Shown here in pieces: positions 54,237 through 64,000 of a stretch of 64,000 bases of DNA. The translations under genes were made by a program, and so were the position numbers. Numbering within the stretch: the stretch's first letter is position 1; the number at the start of each line of letters is the position of its first letter. The notes under the pieces were generated by a model, which did not search any database, was not told the DNA's origin, and saw only the letters and a program-made list of their open reading frames with translations. The stretch comes from Candidatus Krumholzibacteriia bacterium (lineage in GTDB: Bacteria; Krumholzibacteriota; Krumholzibacteriia; LZORAL124-64-63): the NCBI GenBank assembly GCA_016744705.1, contig JADGDU010000005.1:3762-67761 (forward strand), written 5' to 3'.

Positions 54237-55277
54237 TTGGAGACCGGAGCAGAAAATCCGGTCCCGGGGCAGGCTGAAAATGCTTCTTGTCTGATTTTAC
54301 ACCTACGGCTGTGCGCTCCTGGAGGGGCGGTGCCTAATCCACAAGGTGATATCCTGCGGCGGGAATTCTATTCTCGCATCACCCCCGCCTGGGAAGTGAT
54401 ACCCGATGGTGTTCTCTTGGATCTGCGGGGGATGCAGCGGCTTCATGGACCGGGGGCTAATGGGGCGGAGAGCATATGCGCCTTGGCCCTAAGGGAGTTC
54501 CCCATTTGGTCTGCTGGCCTGGCTTCCTCACCTCTGGCCGCGCAGTTAGCCTCGTTGATGGGTGGGATGGGGAAAGGGCAAAAACTCTTTTCAGTACCCC
54601 GGGGGGCTGTGCCATCTTTTTTAGCTGGTTTTTCCATTAATGTATTGTCCCACCATTCCCGTGAGGTTCCCCGGTTGCATGCTTTAGGAGTCCACACCCT
54701 AGGGGATTTGCAGGTTCTACCCAAAAACTTGTTGTCGGCTGTTTTTGGTACCGTTGGGGATCAGTTGGCTCTGGATGCCTGGGGAATTCCTTCCGGAAAT
54801 CTGGGCACCAACGATTCCGGACCTCAATCTTTAACTGTGGCGGCCGTTCGTTTTGCGAAGCCGCTTGTTTCCCATGGGGGAGAAAAGGCATTGCGGAGGG
54901 CCTTGGCCATGAGGGCTTTGTGCAAAGTTTCGGCTCCTGGCCGCTGGTCTCTGTCGGTCTGCTGGTCCAGCGGGGCCAGTTCCACAGTGGAGATTTCAGG
55001 CCCCAGAGGAGAATCCTGGCCGGCTTGGTTGGTCCTGTTGGACGACCTGTGGGCGAAACTTCCTGCGCACCGGCAGGGCATTCGCCAGATCCGGTTGCTT
55101 TTTCGTGGCACTGATGATTCCTTTTCGTCCCAACTGAGTCTGTTCGAAAAATCGGGGGATGCCCAGGCTTTGGGTTTGGCCATGTTCCAAATCAGCCAGA
55201 AATTTGAGTCTTCTTTGGCTCCGGCCAGTGAGGCGCTGTTGGAAAAATGGGGTGCCCGTTGGGCAAAAAATCCCTGA
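54237..55277 (+). CDS. ImuB-like inactive Y-family polymerase homologue
   Basis: TP..E..DGVLLDLRGMQRLHG, LGVHTLGDL...FG, clamp motif QLSLF; no catalytic carboxylate motifs. Start uncertain. Confidence 0.7.
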   Translation: METGAENPVPGQAENASCLILHLRLCAPGGAVPNPQGDILRREFYSRITPAWEVIPDGVLLDLRGMQRLHGPGANGAESICALALREFPIWSAGLASSPLAAQLASLMGGMGKGQKLFSVPRGAVPSFLAGFSINVLSHHSREVPRLHALGVHTLGDLQVLPKNLLSAVFGTVGDQLALDAWGIPSGNLGTNDSGPQSLTVAAVRFAKPLVSHGGEKALRRALAMRALCKVSAPGRWSLSVCWSSGASSTVEISGPRGESWPAWLVLLDDLWAKLPAHRQGIRQIRLLFRGTDDSFSSQLSLFEKSGDAQALGLAMFQISQKFESSLAPASEALLEKWGARWAKNP

Positions 55278-55316
55278 AAATGTAGTTATCTTTTACCGAT
55301 GAGTGCCACAGGCTTG

Positions 55317-55345
55317 TTGACGCTTATGGCCAAGGCGGGTAGCAT
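55317..55345 (+). promoter_or_regulatory. Sigma70-type promoter of hsp20-lon
   Basis: TTGACG-N17-TAGCAT. Confidence 0.55.
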
Positions 55346-55395
55346 ACTAGGATCTTGTGTATTACCGTTCAGACTGCAGCTGGGGAGAAGCGCGA

Positions 55396-55830
55396 ATGGG
55401 AAAGAAAGCCCGGTCCGGGCAATTGGATGAAATTTTCGAAATTCTCGTTGCTTCGTATGCTCAAAAAGGCGGAGTTGTTCCCCCTGAGGGAGAGCTTTGT
55501 TGGCATCCGGCCACTGATGCGTATGAAACCAATGAGTCCTTTGTGGTCCAAATGGATCTTGCGGGGATGGACCCCAGTCGGATAGAAGTTTTGGCCGACC
55601 AGCACAGCCTGTTGGTCCGTGGCATTCGGCCAGAGGCGCCCGCTGAGGGCAAGAAGCATTACCATAAGATGGAAATTAGCATTGGTCCTTTTTCCCGACG
55701 TGTTCCCATCTCGGTGGATGTTGATCCCAACAGCGCTGTGGCTATATATCGGAACGGTTTCCTTGTGGTCACTTTTCAAAGAGGCGACACGGGCGAAGGA
55801 CAGAAACGCAGCATCAGCATTAATGGCTGA
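55396..55830 (+). CDS. Hsp20/alpha-crystallin small heat-shock protein
   Basis: WHPATDAYET, DLAGM, LLVRGIR, EISIGPFSR, AIYRNGFLVV; GGGGAG RBS before ATG 55396. Confidence 0.9.
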   Translation: MGKKARSGQLDEIFEILVASYAQKGGVVPPEGELCWHPATDAYETNESFVVQMDLAGMDPSRIEVLADQHSLLVRGIRPEAPAEGKKHYHKMEISIGPFSRRVPISVDVDPNSAVAIYRNGFLVVTFQRGDTGEGQKRSISING

Positions 55831-55894
55831 TTTTTACAGAGATAAATGATCCGGATCATTCCGGAATATCAATCAATCGAAGGAGCGGGGCCCC

Positions 55895-58285
55895 ATGCCG
55901 GACAATGACCGGAACTTCATGGAAAATGATCAAGTGGAAGAGTTGTATTTGCCGGAAGAGATGCCCATTCTGCCCATCAGTGAGGCAGTCATCTTCCCGG
56001 CTATGATGGTGCCACTGGTTTTGAGCGATACCAACTTGGTACGGCTGGCGGATGATTGTCTGGCTGGCGACAAAATCCTGGGGACTTTTGCCCAAAGGGA
56101 ATTGGTGTCCGACGACGAGGAAGATGTGGATGAAAAAGATCTGATCTACCACGTGGGTACTGCTGTAAAAATCCAGAAGATGTTACGTTTTCCAGATGGA
56201 AGCATCCGCCTGCTGGGGCAAGGTGTGGCCAGGTGCCGTATCAAAAAATTCATTGAGGGCGAACCTTATATGAAGGCCCAGGTGGAGTTGATTGATGAAG
56301 ATGTTCAGGAAGATTCCCGCACCCTGGCCTATATGCGTGGGGTGGCCAATAATTTCCTGAAAATTATTGATACCAGTGAAACTCTTTCAGAAGAGTTGAA
56401 GGTTGTCGTCATGAACATTGACGACCCGGGCCGGTTGGCTGATCTCATCGCCACCAACCTGGACGTGGATGTGGCGGAGAAGCAATCCATGCTGGAGGAA
56501 AAATCCCCGCGCAAGCGCCTGCAAATGCTTTCCAAACTGGTCATGCGCGAATTGGACGTATTAGAGCTGGGGCAAAAACTTCAGACCACTGTGCGCAAGA
56601 GCATCGACAAAGACCAGCGTGAATATTATCTGCGCCAGCAATTGAAAGCCATCCAGCGAGAGCTGGGGGACACTGACGAGGGTTCCGTCGAATTGGACGA
56701 ATTGGCCGAGCGTATCGCCGATGCCGATTTGCCCGAAAAGGTGAAGGCCGCTGCCGAACGGGAATACGACCGTCTGAGCCGGATGTCACCAGGAGCCAGC
56801 GAATACACAGTGAGCAAAACCTATGTCGATTGGCTTTTGGAGCTGCCATGGAACGTCAGCAGTGAAGACAAACTGGATCTGGACCGGGCGCAGGAGATTC
56901 TGGAACGGGACCACTTCGGCCTGGAAGATGTCAAAGAACGCATCATCGAATATCTGGCCGTGCGTAAGCTGAAAGACAACCATCGTGGTCCCATCCTTTG
57001 CCTGGCCGGGCCTCCTGGCGTGGGTAAAACCAGCCTCGGGCGCAGCATTGCTGAAGCAGTGGGAAGAAAGTTCTTCCGTTTCAGTTTGGGTGGTATGCGT
57101 GATGAAGCGGAGATCCGTGGGCATCGCCGCACCTATGTGGGCTCTATGCCTGGGCGCATCATTGCCGGGCTCAAAGAATGCGAAACCAATAATCCTCTGA
57201 TCATGCTCGATGAAATTGATAAATTGGGCAATGATTTCCGAGGTGATCCGGCCAGTGCTTTGCTGGAAGTTTTGGATCCCGAGCAGAACAGTGATTTTAC
57301 GGATCACTATCTGACTCTTCCGTTTGATCTTTCCAAAGTGATGTTCATCACCACGGCTAATATGTTGGACACCATCCCGCGGCCCTTGTTGGACCGCATG
57401 GAGATGATCCACCTGGCTGGTTATACCAACTTGGAAAAACTTCAAATTGCCAAACGATATCTGGCACCACGCCAGATTGAAGAGAACGGATTGACCAACA
57501 AGCATATTCGTTTCACCGATGCGGGATTGATGAGCATCATCGAAGACCACACCCGGGAGGCCGGAGTGCGGCAACTGGAACGGGAAATTGGTGGTGTGTG
57601 CCGTAAGGTTGCTACCGCGGTGGCCAAAGGCAAACGGAAGAAACAAAGTGTTGGTGCCAAAAACCTTGAAGACTACCTCGGACCGCCAAGCTATTCTGGC
57701 GACCGGTTACGCAGTCGTCTGAAGGTTGGGGTTGTCACGGGCTTGGCCTGGACCCAGGTGGGCGGCAAAATCCTTTATATTGAAGGTTTGAATCTGCCAG
57801 GGGGACGTGGGGTTTTGAAACTCACGGGCCAGGTGGGCAGTGTGATGCAAGAATCCGCCAGTGCGGCCTATAGTTATTTGCGCCATCGATTCGGGGCCCG
57901 AGAGGAATACACGGAGTTTTTCACCAAGCGGGATATTCACATCCACTTGCCAGCTGGAGCCACTCCCAAGGATGGCCCCAGTGCAGGTATTGCCATGGCC
58001 TCTGTGCTGCTTTCCCTGATGCTCAAAAAACCTCTTAGCCGGTACACAGCCATGACCGGGGAAATCACACTCACTGGAGCAGTTCTGCCCATTGGTGGAT
58101 TGCTGGAAAAGGTGTTGGCGGCTCACCGTGTGGGGATCAAACAGATTATCATTCCAGCCACCAATGAGACTGACTTGGAAGAAATTCCGGAAGAAGTTCG
58201 TGAGGCCATTAAGTTTGTGCCTGTCAGCCATGTGGACGAAGTCTGGGAGACTATTTTTCCCGAAATTGCTGATGGGACTATCTGA
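55895..58285 (+). CDS. lon: ATP-dependent protease La
   Basis: GPPGVGKTS, RGHRRTYVG, LDEIDK, PKDGPSAG, IGGLLEK. Confidence 0.98.
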   Translation: MPDNDRNFMENDQVEELYLPEEMPILPISEAVIFPAMMVPLVLSDTNLVRLADDCLAGDKILGTFAQRELVSDDEEDVDEKDLIYHVGTAVKIQKMLRFPDGSIRLLGQGVARCRIKKFIEGEPYMKAQVELIDEDVQEDSRTLAYMRGVANNFLKIIDTSETLSEELKVVVMNIDDPGRLADLIATNLDVDVAEKQSMLEEKSPRKRLQMLSKLVMRELDVLELGQKLQTTVRKSIDKDQREYYLRQQLKAIQRELGDTDEGSVELDELAERIADADLPEKVKAAAEREYDRLSRMSPGASEYTVSKTYVDWLLELPWNVSSEDKLDLDRAQEILERDHFGLEDVKERIIEYLAVRKLKDNHRGPILCLAGPPGVGKTSLGRSIAEAVGRKFFRFSLGGMRDEAEIRGHRRTYVGSMPGRIIAGLKECETNNPLIMLDEIDKLGNDFRGDPASALLEVLDPEQNSDFTDHYLTLPFDLSKVMFITTANMLDTIPRPLLDRMEMIHLAGYTNLEKLQIAKRYLAPRQIEENGLTNKHIRFTDAGLMSIIEDHTREAGVRQLEREIGGVCRKVATAVAKGKRKKQSVGAKNLEDYLGPPSYSGDRLRSRLKVGVVTGLAWTQVGGKILYIEGLNLPGGRGVLKLTGQVGSVMQESASAAYSYLRHRFGAREEYTEFFTKRDIHIHLPAGATPKDGPSAGIAMASVLLSLMLKKPLSRYTAMTGEITLTGAVLPIGGLLEKVLAAHRVGIKQIIIPATNETDLEEIPEEVREAIKFVPVSHVDEVWETIFPEIADGTI

Positions 58286-58299
58286 GAAAGGCCTTCTGC

Positions 58300-59463
58300 G
58301 TGTCGGAACACCGATTGATTACATCCATGATGCGGCCTTTTTTCCGTAAGGGAAAGGAAGCGTCCTTTACCTTGCCAGGTGCTCTGAATGAGTCCAGTAA
58401 AATTCTCTGCATTGATTCGGGTGAGCTTTCGGAGGTTGTCTTTCACATTCCCTTACTTAAGGCCATTCGCAAAAATTACCCAGCGGCAAGAATTGATTTT
58501 CTGCTTCCTGAAAAGCACCAGGCTCTGATGGTCCCCAGTGGACTCGTCAAACAGTGCATGGTCTATAAAGACAGCCAACTCAATCCGTGGATGCCCGCTT
58601 TTAGCTCATTGCTGCGTCAATTGGGCAAAGGGAAATACGACATGGCTGTGGTCATGTCTCGGCAAGCCTCTCCACGGTTGGAATTGGCGGCTTTGGCCAG
58701 TGGAGCCCGGCTCCGGTTGGGACCTTCCCATGAGGAGTCATGGCCTGCTATCAATTTTGAAATTCGTCCCCCTTCGTCATCCTCCCAATATTATGGAGAT
58801 CGCATTTTCTCCGCAGGTCCTTTTCTGGGATTACCCAACCGGGACATGAACAGCCGCTGGCCATTGCCGATGGAATTGGTCCGGCAGATGGCCCAGCAGG
58901 TCCACTTCCATAAGCCCAACCCAGACCAAATGCTCATTGGCGTGGAACCGGGAATCAGCAAAACCGGCCATCGTATGAAATTGGAGGACATCCACTTTCT
59001 GGTGCGCCAACTATCCACCCAGTTTATTTGTCGGGTGGTGCCTCTCGGAAAACCGTCGGAGGCCGACTTTCTTCAGAAATTTGAAACAAAGTTAGCAGAT
59101 GTTCCCTTGGGATTGCCCCGGGAATCTTTGCTGGATATGATTTTACTTTTATCCCAATGCGACCTTTTTATTGCTGGAAATACCGATTTTTTCCATTTCT
59201 CTGTGGCTTTGGGTTTGCCCACCGTAGGGTTATTTTCAGCTAAGGACGACCAATCCTGGATACCCAAAAACCGCAAAAGAGTGCGGGTCCTGCAGCTTGA
59301 TAAGGCAGGGCGTGTGGATTTGGAAACACTCATGGAAGCGGTTGAGACGGTGACCGAAGGGCGCTCCACCAAGGTGGCCCAGATTATTGGTCCATCAGAC
59401 CCCAGAACTACCGACACTCCTGATAATTCAGATAATTCGGAAACCACGAATCCCCATGACTGA
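58300..59463 (+). CDS. Divergent glycosyltransferase family 9 protein
   Basis: GT9 layout (LLKAIRKNYPAARIDFL, YDMAV, CDLFIAG..H.SVALGLPTVGLF) with altered GD and DSG motifs. Confidence 0.75.
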   Translation: MSEHRLITSMMRPFFRKGKEASFTLPGALNESSKILCIDSGELSEVVFHIPLLKAIRKNYPAARIDFLLPEKHQALMVPSGLVKQCMVYKDSQLNPWMPAFSSLLRQLGKGKYDMAVVMSRQASPRLELAALASGARLRLGPSHEESWPAINFEIRPPSSSSQYYGDRIFSAGPFLGLPNRDMNSRWPLPMELVRQMAQQVHFHKPNPDQMLIGVEPGISKTGHRMKLEDIHFLVRQLSTQFICRVVPLGKPSEADFLQKFETKLADVPLGLPRESLLDMILLLSQCDLFIAGNTDFFHFSVALGLPTVGLFSAKDDQSWIPKNRKRVRVLQLDKAGRVDLETLMEAVETVTEGRSTKVAQIIGPSDPRTTDTPDNSDNSETTNPHD

Positions 59464-60559
59464 GAACAGGCAGCCCGGACCTGAAGTGAAGGTTCTGCTG
59501 CTGGCGCCCAACTGGCTTGGGGATGCTGTCATGTTTTCGGCCTTGGTGGAATTTCTCCACCAAAACCGAGTTTTACCCGACGGCCGCAAAACGGAAATCC
59601 AATTGGCTGTGAGATCAGCTTGGGCTCCTGTTTTTGCTGAAGACCCACGACTCAGTCAAGTGTTCATTGTGCAACGTGACGGTCGCCACAGCGGCCTCAT
59701 GGGCGGCTTGAAATTAGGGCAGGACTTTCGACAATTGAACCCCCATGCCATCATTCTGGGCCCTCCTTCGCTACGAGCAGGAATTGCCGGTTGGCGCTCG
59801 GGTGCTGCCATGCGGGTTGGATATGGTGGGGATGGTCGAAATATTTTGCTGACTCACTCATTGGCCACTCCCACCCGGGGCATTTTTCACCACAGCGTTG
59901 AACTGGTGAAACTGGGAGAGTTGTTTTTGCAAGGCCTGGGGTCCCCAAATCATCACCATGAGAATGCCGAATTTTATCCCACTCTTCCAGGTTGCGACTC
60001 CATTGCTGCGGCTCTGCTCAAACCGACCACACCTTTATGGGTTCTGGCTCCCGGCGCTACCTACGGCTCTGCCAAAAGCTGGCCTCTGTCCCGATCCATG
60101 GATTTCGTGAAAACAGCGATACAGAAACATGGAAAAAGAGTGGTCCTTTTAGGTGACTCGGCAGCCTCTGCTTTTGCCAAGGGCTTAGCCGAGGGATTGG
60201 ATCTTTCACTGGAACAAAAGCTGGATGGGAAACCTGGTCTGGTGGATTTTACCGGCAGAACAGACTTGCAGAAGGTGGTTTCCATTCTTAAGTCGTGCCA
60301 AGTGTTTGTGGGAAATGATAGTGGTCTGATGCATTTGGCGGCTGCCCTGGAAGTTCCCACCGTTGGGGTTTTTGGTTCTTCCAATCCCCAATGGACTAGC
60401 CCCATGGGGCCTCGCACCCAAGTGGTCCATCCTGAAGGTTTTGATTGCCGTCCATGTTACCGAAAAAGCTGCAACCAGAAGGAATTTTGCCTCGACACCA
60501 TCACTGCAGAATCAGTGATGCATGCCGTCGATTTATTGATTTCATCCCACGGCTCGTAA
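59456..60559 (+). CDS. waaF: LPS heptosyltransferase II-like (GT9)
   Basis: PNWLGDAVM, APGATYGSAKSWP, GNDSGLMHLAAAL. Confidence 0.85.
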   Translation: MTENRQPGPEVKVLLLAPNWLGDAVMFSALVEFLHQNRVLPDGRKTEIQLAVRSAWAPVFAEDPRLSQVFIVQRDGRHSGLMGGLKLGQDFRQLNPHAIILGPPSLRAGIAGWRSGAAMRVGYGGDGRNILLTHSLATPTRGIFHHSVELVKLGELFLQGLGSPNHHHENAEFYPTLPGCDSIAAALLKPTTPLWVLAPGATYGSAKSWPLSRSMDFVKTAIQKHGKRVVLLGDSAASAFAKGLAEGLDLSLEQKLDGKPGLVDFTGRTDLQKVVSILKSCQVFVGNDSGLMHLAAALEVPTVGVFGSSNPQWTSPMGPRTQVVHPEGFDCRPCYRKSCNQKEFCLDTITAESVMHAVDLLISSHGS

Positions 60560-60568
60560 AGGACTGCC

Positions 60569-61177
60569 ATGCCACTTTGGAAAAGCCATCCCAGCACCAC
60601 ATCGCAAGAGCCCAAGGATGCACTTTTTTTGGATCGCGACGGAGTCGTGAATGCTGACCGGCATTACCTGGCAGACCCTGATCAAGTGGAACTTTTGCCA
60701 GGGGTTGCTGAAGCCATGCTCAAAGCTCGCCAGGCGGGCTTTTGGTTGATTGGAGTTTCCAACCAATCAGGACTGGGACGCGGCATTTTCACTCATGATG
60801 ATTTTAAAGCTGTGATGCAGCGTTTGGAGGACCTCTTGGCTCAACAAGGTGTGTCCTTTGATGCCTTCTTTTATTGTCCCCATGCGCCCGGTGAAAGTTG
60901 TGACTGTCGGAAACCATTGCCGGGAATGTTAGACGAAGCGAAAAAAATCCTCCCTTACAAGGACAGTGGTTCCTGGGTTGTCGGCGACAAAAAAAGTGAT
61001 GTGGCCTTGGGACGACAGCGGGGGTTGGGCGGAATCCTGGTGCGCACTGGCTATGGAATTTCCCAGGAAGAAGATGTTCTGCGGACCTGGCCTGGTGATC
61101 CTACGGTCAGTGTGGTCGACGGATTGCCGGAGGCTGTGGACCTGATCCTTCGCCACCGGGAAGGGGAGGCATCTTGA
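60569..61177 (+). CDS. gmhB: D-glycero-D-manno-heptose 1,7-bisphosphate phosphatase
   Basis: FLDRDGVV, SNQSG, CPH...CDCRKP, VGDK. Confidence 0.93.
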   Translation: MPLWKSHPSTTSQEPKDALFLDRDGVVNADRHYLADPDQVELLPGVAEAMLKARQAGFWLIGVSNQSGLGRGIFTHDDFKAVMQRLEDLLAQQGVSFDAFFYCPHAPGESCDCRKPLPGMLDEAKKILPYKDSGSWVVGDKKSDVALGRQRGLGGILVRTGYGISQEEDVLRTWPGDPTVSVVDGLPEAVDLILRHREGEAS

Positions 61178-62310
61178 GTTGGCAATTGGAGGGACGCACC
61201 TTGCGTTCCATTCTCATCTCAAGACTACGTTACCTGGGGGATGTGGTCATGGCAACCCCACTGCTGGAGGTGTTGCGGCGGGGAGATCCTGATGTCCATC
61301 TGGGTTTTTTGGCAGAAAAAGGCCACGGCATGGTCCTTCAGGGGCACCCACATCTGGATCAGTTGCACCTGCTGGAAACTCAACGCAGAGGCAGCGATGC
61401 CAAGGCCAGAATCGATAATGTCCAGGCCGTTTCCCTGCCCTCATATACTCCCGGAGAAATGGTATCGCAATTACAATCATGCCAATATGATTTGGCCGTA
61501 GATTTGTTTTTCAACCCGCGCAGTGCTTGGCTGCTGCGTTTGTCGGGCATTGGAAAACGCATTTCCGGTACAGCAGGTAGCCGCAGGTTACTCTATTCAC
61601 ACAATATTATTCCCTCCCAAAACCCGGAACAATTTCAGGGCCTTTTCCAATTGGCCAGTGGTGGTATGGGGGAGCACCTCGCCCGTTTGCAGCCACTGAT
61701 TCATGAAGAGAGTGGTTTGGGTTTTCTCCAGTGGTTTGAGTCCGAATTTGCAGATACTAACCCCAGTCCATTCCTACCACTGGATTACTGGAAGACCAAA
61801 GCTCCTGAAGATCTTCCTGGGGACTTGATAGTCATGGCACCAGGGGCCACCTGGCCAGTGAAAGAGTGGCCTTTTGAGCACTGGCAAAAATTGATTGGTT
61901 TAATTCTTTCACAAACCAAGCGTCCGGTTTTTGTTATCCAACCGCCGGGTGCGGAGAATCCCTGGGCTGAGCTGGCCAAAGAGATCCCATCCGGTAGAGG
62001 TGGAGTTCTGCCTCCCTTGGGTTTGTCTGCAGTTTTGGGTGTTATCAGTCATGCCAGTTTGATGGTCTCCGTTGATGGTGGAGTCATGCATGCTTCGGTG
62101 GGGCTCGGTATTCCCACAGTGGCCCTGTTTGGTCCCACCGATGATACTCTTTGGTTTCCGTATACCCGCTCTGGCCCTTACTGCGTCCTGACGAGCCAAG
62201 CTCCTTGTTCTCCCTGTGATCTTCATCAATGTGATGACTTCATCTGTCTGCCCCGATTATCACCCCAGCAGGTTTGGGAGAGTTGCCTTGAACTGCTCCC
62301 GGAAAGCTGA
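61174..62310 (+). CDS. Glycosyltransferase family 9 (heptosyltransferase-like)
   Basis: RLRYLGDVVM, PGATWPVKEWP, VDGGVMH, LFGPT. Confidence 0.9.
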   Translation: MSWQLEGRTLRSILISRLRYLGDVVMATPLLEVLRRGDPDVHLGFLAEKGHGMVLQGHPHLDQLHLLETQRRGSDAKARIDNVQAVSLPSYTPGEMVSQLQSCQYDLAVDLFFNPRSAWLLRLSGIGKRISGTAGSRRLLYSHNIIPSQNPEQFQGLFQLASGGMGEHLARLQPLIHEESGLGFLQWFESEFADTNPSPFLPLDYWKTKAPEDLPGDLIVMAPGATWPVKEWPFEHWQKLIGLILSQTKRPVFVIQPPGAENPWAELAKEIPSGRGGVLPPLGLSAVLGVISHASLMVSVDGGVMHASVGLGIPTVALFGPTDDTLWFPYTRSGPYCVLTSQAPCSPCDLHQCDDFICLPRLSPQQVWESCLELLPES

Positions 62311-62322
62311 GGGAGAAGCGGT

Positions 62323-63390
62323 ATGGACCTGGGGAGCATAGATCACAATCTGCGCCGGGTGTTGTTGATCAGGCGCAAGGCCTTGGGGGACTGCCTGGTG
62401 ACATTGCCTGCGGTGAGACAATTGGCCCGGGCCTTGCCGCACGCCCAGCTGGACTTGGTCGTAGATAAACCATTTGCTGAGTTGATCTCCCTTTTGGTTC
62501 CCGAGGTGACGGTCATTCCTTGGGCTCCAGGAAAGAAGGAGCCCTGGGCTCGGTCTGTGTGGTATCGTCAGCTGCGGTCCAAAGGTTATGATATGGTCAT
62601 CGATTGGTTGGGAAACCCCCGGACGGCTCTCTGGACAGCTGCCACGGGAGCCCCATTGCGTGTGGGGTACGATCTGCCACGCCGTCGGTGGGCCTACAAT
62701 GTTCGGGTGCCCCAGAACCAACATGGGGACGTTCACTTGCGGGGATTTGCAGGGGAAGCTTTTCTTGACCCCTTGCGGGCCTTGGGCCTGGAGCCTGATC
62801 CTTGGGATACAAACCCCACGCCGGGTCCCGCTCTAAAGATATCAGAAGAAAAATTGAATTCCGGGTTCAGGCGGTGGCGAGATCAGTGTATAGTCAAAAG
62901 CAAAACGCCCATTGCTTTGATGATGAGTGCCACTTGGACTGCCAAGGCTTGGCCCAATAAACGAATTGTTGAGCTTTGGCAGGGGCTGAAGGCTGAAGGT
63001 CTCACGCCCATCCTCATTCCCGGCCCCGGAGACGAGGCCATGGAAAAGGTTTTACGGGAAAGTTTGCCCAGTGAGGCTTTTGCTCCCCCGACAAGCCTCC
63101 TGGAGCTGGCTGATCTCTTGCAACTTTGTGCTGCTTTTGTGGGCACCGACTGCGGAGGAAGGCATTTGGCAGCTGCGTTGGGTTTACCCACTGTCACACT
63201 TTTCGGACCCACGAATTCCGAAGGATGGAACCCAAATCACCCGTTCCATGTTTCCATAAAGATGGATCTAGACTGTTTGGGATGTGAATTTAAAACCTGC
63301 CCCTTACCCGACAGACCCTGTTTGGAAAACCTGCCTGCCTCAATAGTAAAGGCGGGACTGGAATGTGTGCTGGAAAATATGAGGAAGTAG
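62323..63390 (+). CDS. Glycosyltransferase family 9 (heptosyltransferase-like)
   Basis: RRKALGDCL, KAWP, TDCGGRHLAAALG, LFGPT. Confidence 0.9.
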   Translation: MDLGSIDHNLRRVLLIRRKALGDCLVTLPAVRQLARALPHAQLDLVVDKPFAELISLLVPEVTVIPWAPGKKEPWARSVWYRQLRSKGYDMVIDWLGNPRTALWTAATGAPLRVGYDLPRRRWAYNVRVPQNQHGDVHLRGFAGEAFLDPLRALGLEPDPWDTNPTPGPALKISEEKLNSGFRRWRDQCIVKSKTPIALMMSATWTAKAWPNKRIVELWQGLKAEGLTPILIPGPGDEAMEKVLRESLPSEAFAPPTSLLELADLLQLCAAFVGTDCGGRHLAAALGLPTVTLFGPTNSEGWNPNHPFHVSIKMDLDCLGCEFKTCPLPDRPCLENLPASIVKAGLECVLENMRK

Positions 63391-63394
63391 AATT

Positions 63395-64000
63395 ATGAGA
63401 TTAAGCGTAGGGACTTCTCAATTTTTCCTTTGGGGATTTCTGCTGGCCTTGGCCCATATGCCTTTGCCGACTGAGGCCCAGGCTTCTGATTCCGAATCTC
63501 ATGCGGTTGCTGTAGTATTCGGTCCCGGTGAAAAGATGGTCTTTTCCATAGGCTATGGTGTGGTGGATGCGGGGGAGGCCATTGTGGAAGTCATCGGCCT
63601 GACAGAATACCAGGGCCATTCCTGTTACCAAATTCAAAGCAAAGCCAACAGCAACCGCTTCTTCTCATCCATCTATAAAGTTCGCGATAAAATCATCAGT
63701 TATATGGATGTGGAAACCTTATACAGTCGCTACTTCTACAAACGTCTGCGCGAAGGTGATTATAAAAAGTCGGTGGAAATCAGCTTTGATCATGAAAACG
63801 AAGTGGCCAATTATGCCAACGGCAAAAATTATCCCACCACTTTTGGTGTTCAGGATGTACTCTCGGCAGGTTATTTCGTGCGGACTCTGGATTTGGAAAA
63901 TGACACGGTTTTTGATGTACCGGCCCACAGCTCCCGAAAAACCTACGACCTCAAAGTTTTTGTTCGGGGGAAAGAAACAGTCTCTGTGGCCGCAGGAACT
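63395..64000 (+). CDS. DUF3108-like exported protein, 3'-truncated (not in the ORF track)
   Basis: Hand translation from ATG 63395 is open to the window end: signal peptide, then FGPGEKMVFSIGYG..AG, YKVRD, REGDY, QDVLSAGYFVR, KETVSVAAG. Confidence 0.8.
   Translation, partial: MRLSVGTSQFFLWGFLLALAHMPLPTEAQASDSESHAVAVVFGPGEKMVFSIGYGVVDAGEAIVEVIGLTEYQGHSCYQIQSKANSNRFFSSIYKVRDKIISYMDVETLYSRYFYKRLREGDYKKSVEISFDHENEVANYANGKNYPTTFGVQDVLSAGYFVRTLDLENDTVFDVPAHSSRKTYDLKVFVRGKETVSVAAGT

Noticed and set aside
55282-55309. CIRCE-like half site GAGTGCCA upstream of hsp20-lon
   Set aside because: Left arm matches only 5/9 and the spacer is 10 nt rather than 9.

Overview
Mostly core chromosome of a diderm bacterium. 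An FCB-superphylum candidate lineage (Krumholzibacteria/Latescibacteria-like) is inferred from two giant gingipain-like C25 proteins with FlgD/T9SS-type C-terminal domains. In order, the window holds: a 5'-truncated C25 protein; groES-groEL with a CIRCE operator; a ~6 kb accessory block (DUF1254 lipoprotein, class A acid phosphatase, alkylsulfatase-like protein, two outer-membrane barrels); a GT4-yqeC-mocA-xdhC-yqeB selenium/molybdenum maturation operon; a dapL-folB-folK-dNK-panB-panC operon; tatA and an MrfAB-like repair pair; a SurA/PpiD foldase; a ParA ATPase fused to a glycogen-binding (CBM48/AMPK-beta type) domain with a coupled, degenerate ParA-like partner; a surface-glycan cluster; a second C25 protein, a peptide-binding protein and a metzincin lipoprotein; a Lys-rich putative nucleoid protein; lexA with an imuB-like gene; hsp20-lon; and an LPS core cluster (four GT9 genes plus gmhB). 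I saw no tRNA, rRNA, CRISPR array or transposase. The best candidate for a new system is the ParA-CBM48 module (possible glycogen-granule positioning). Next are a TTTCG direct-repeat candidate LexA operator and a His-less C25 paralogue. All family assignments come from motif recognition by eye, not from database searches.
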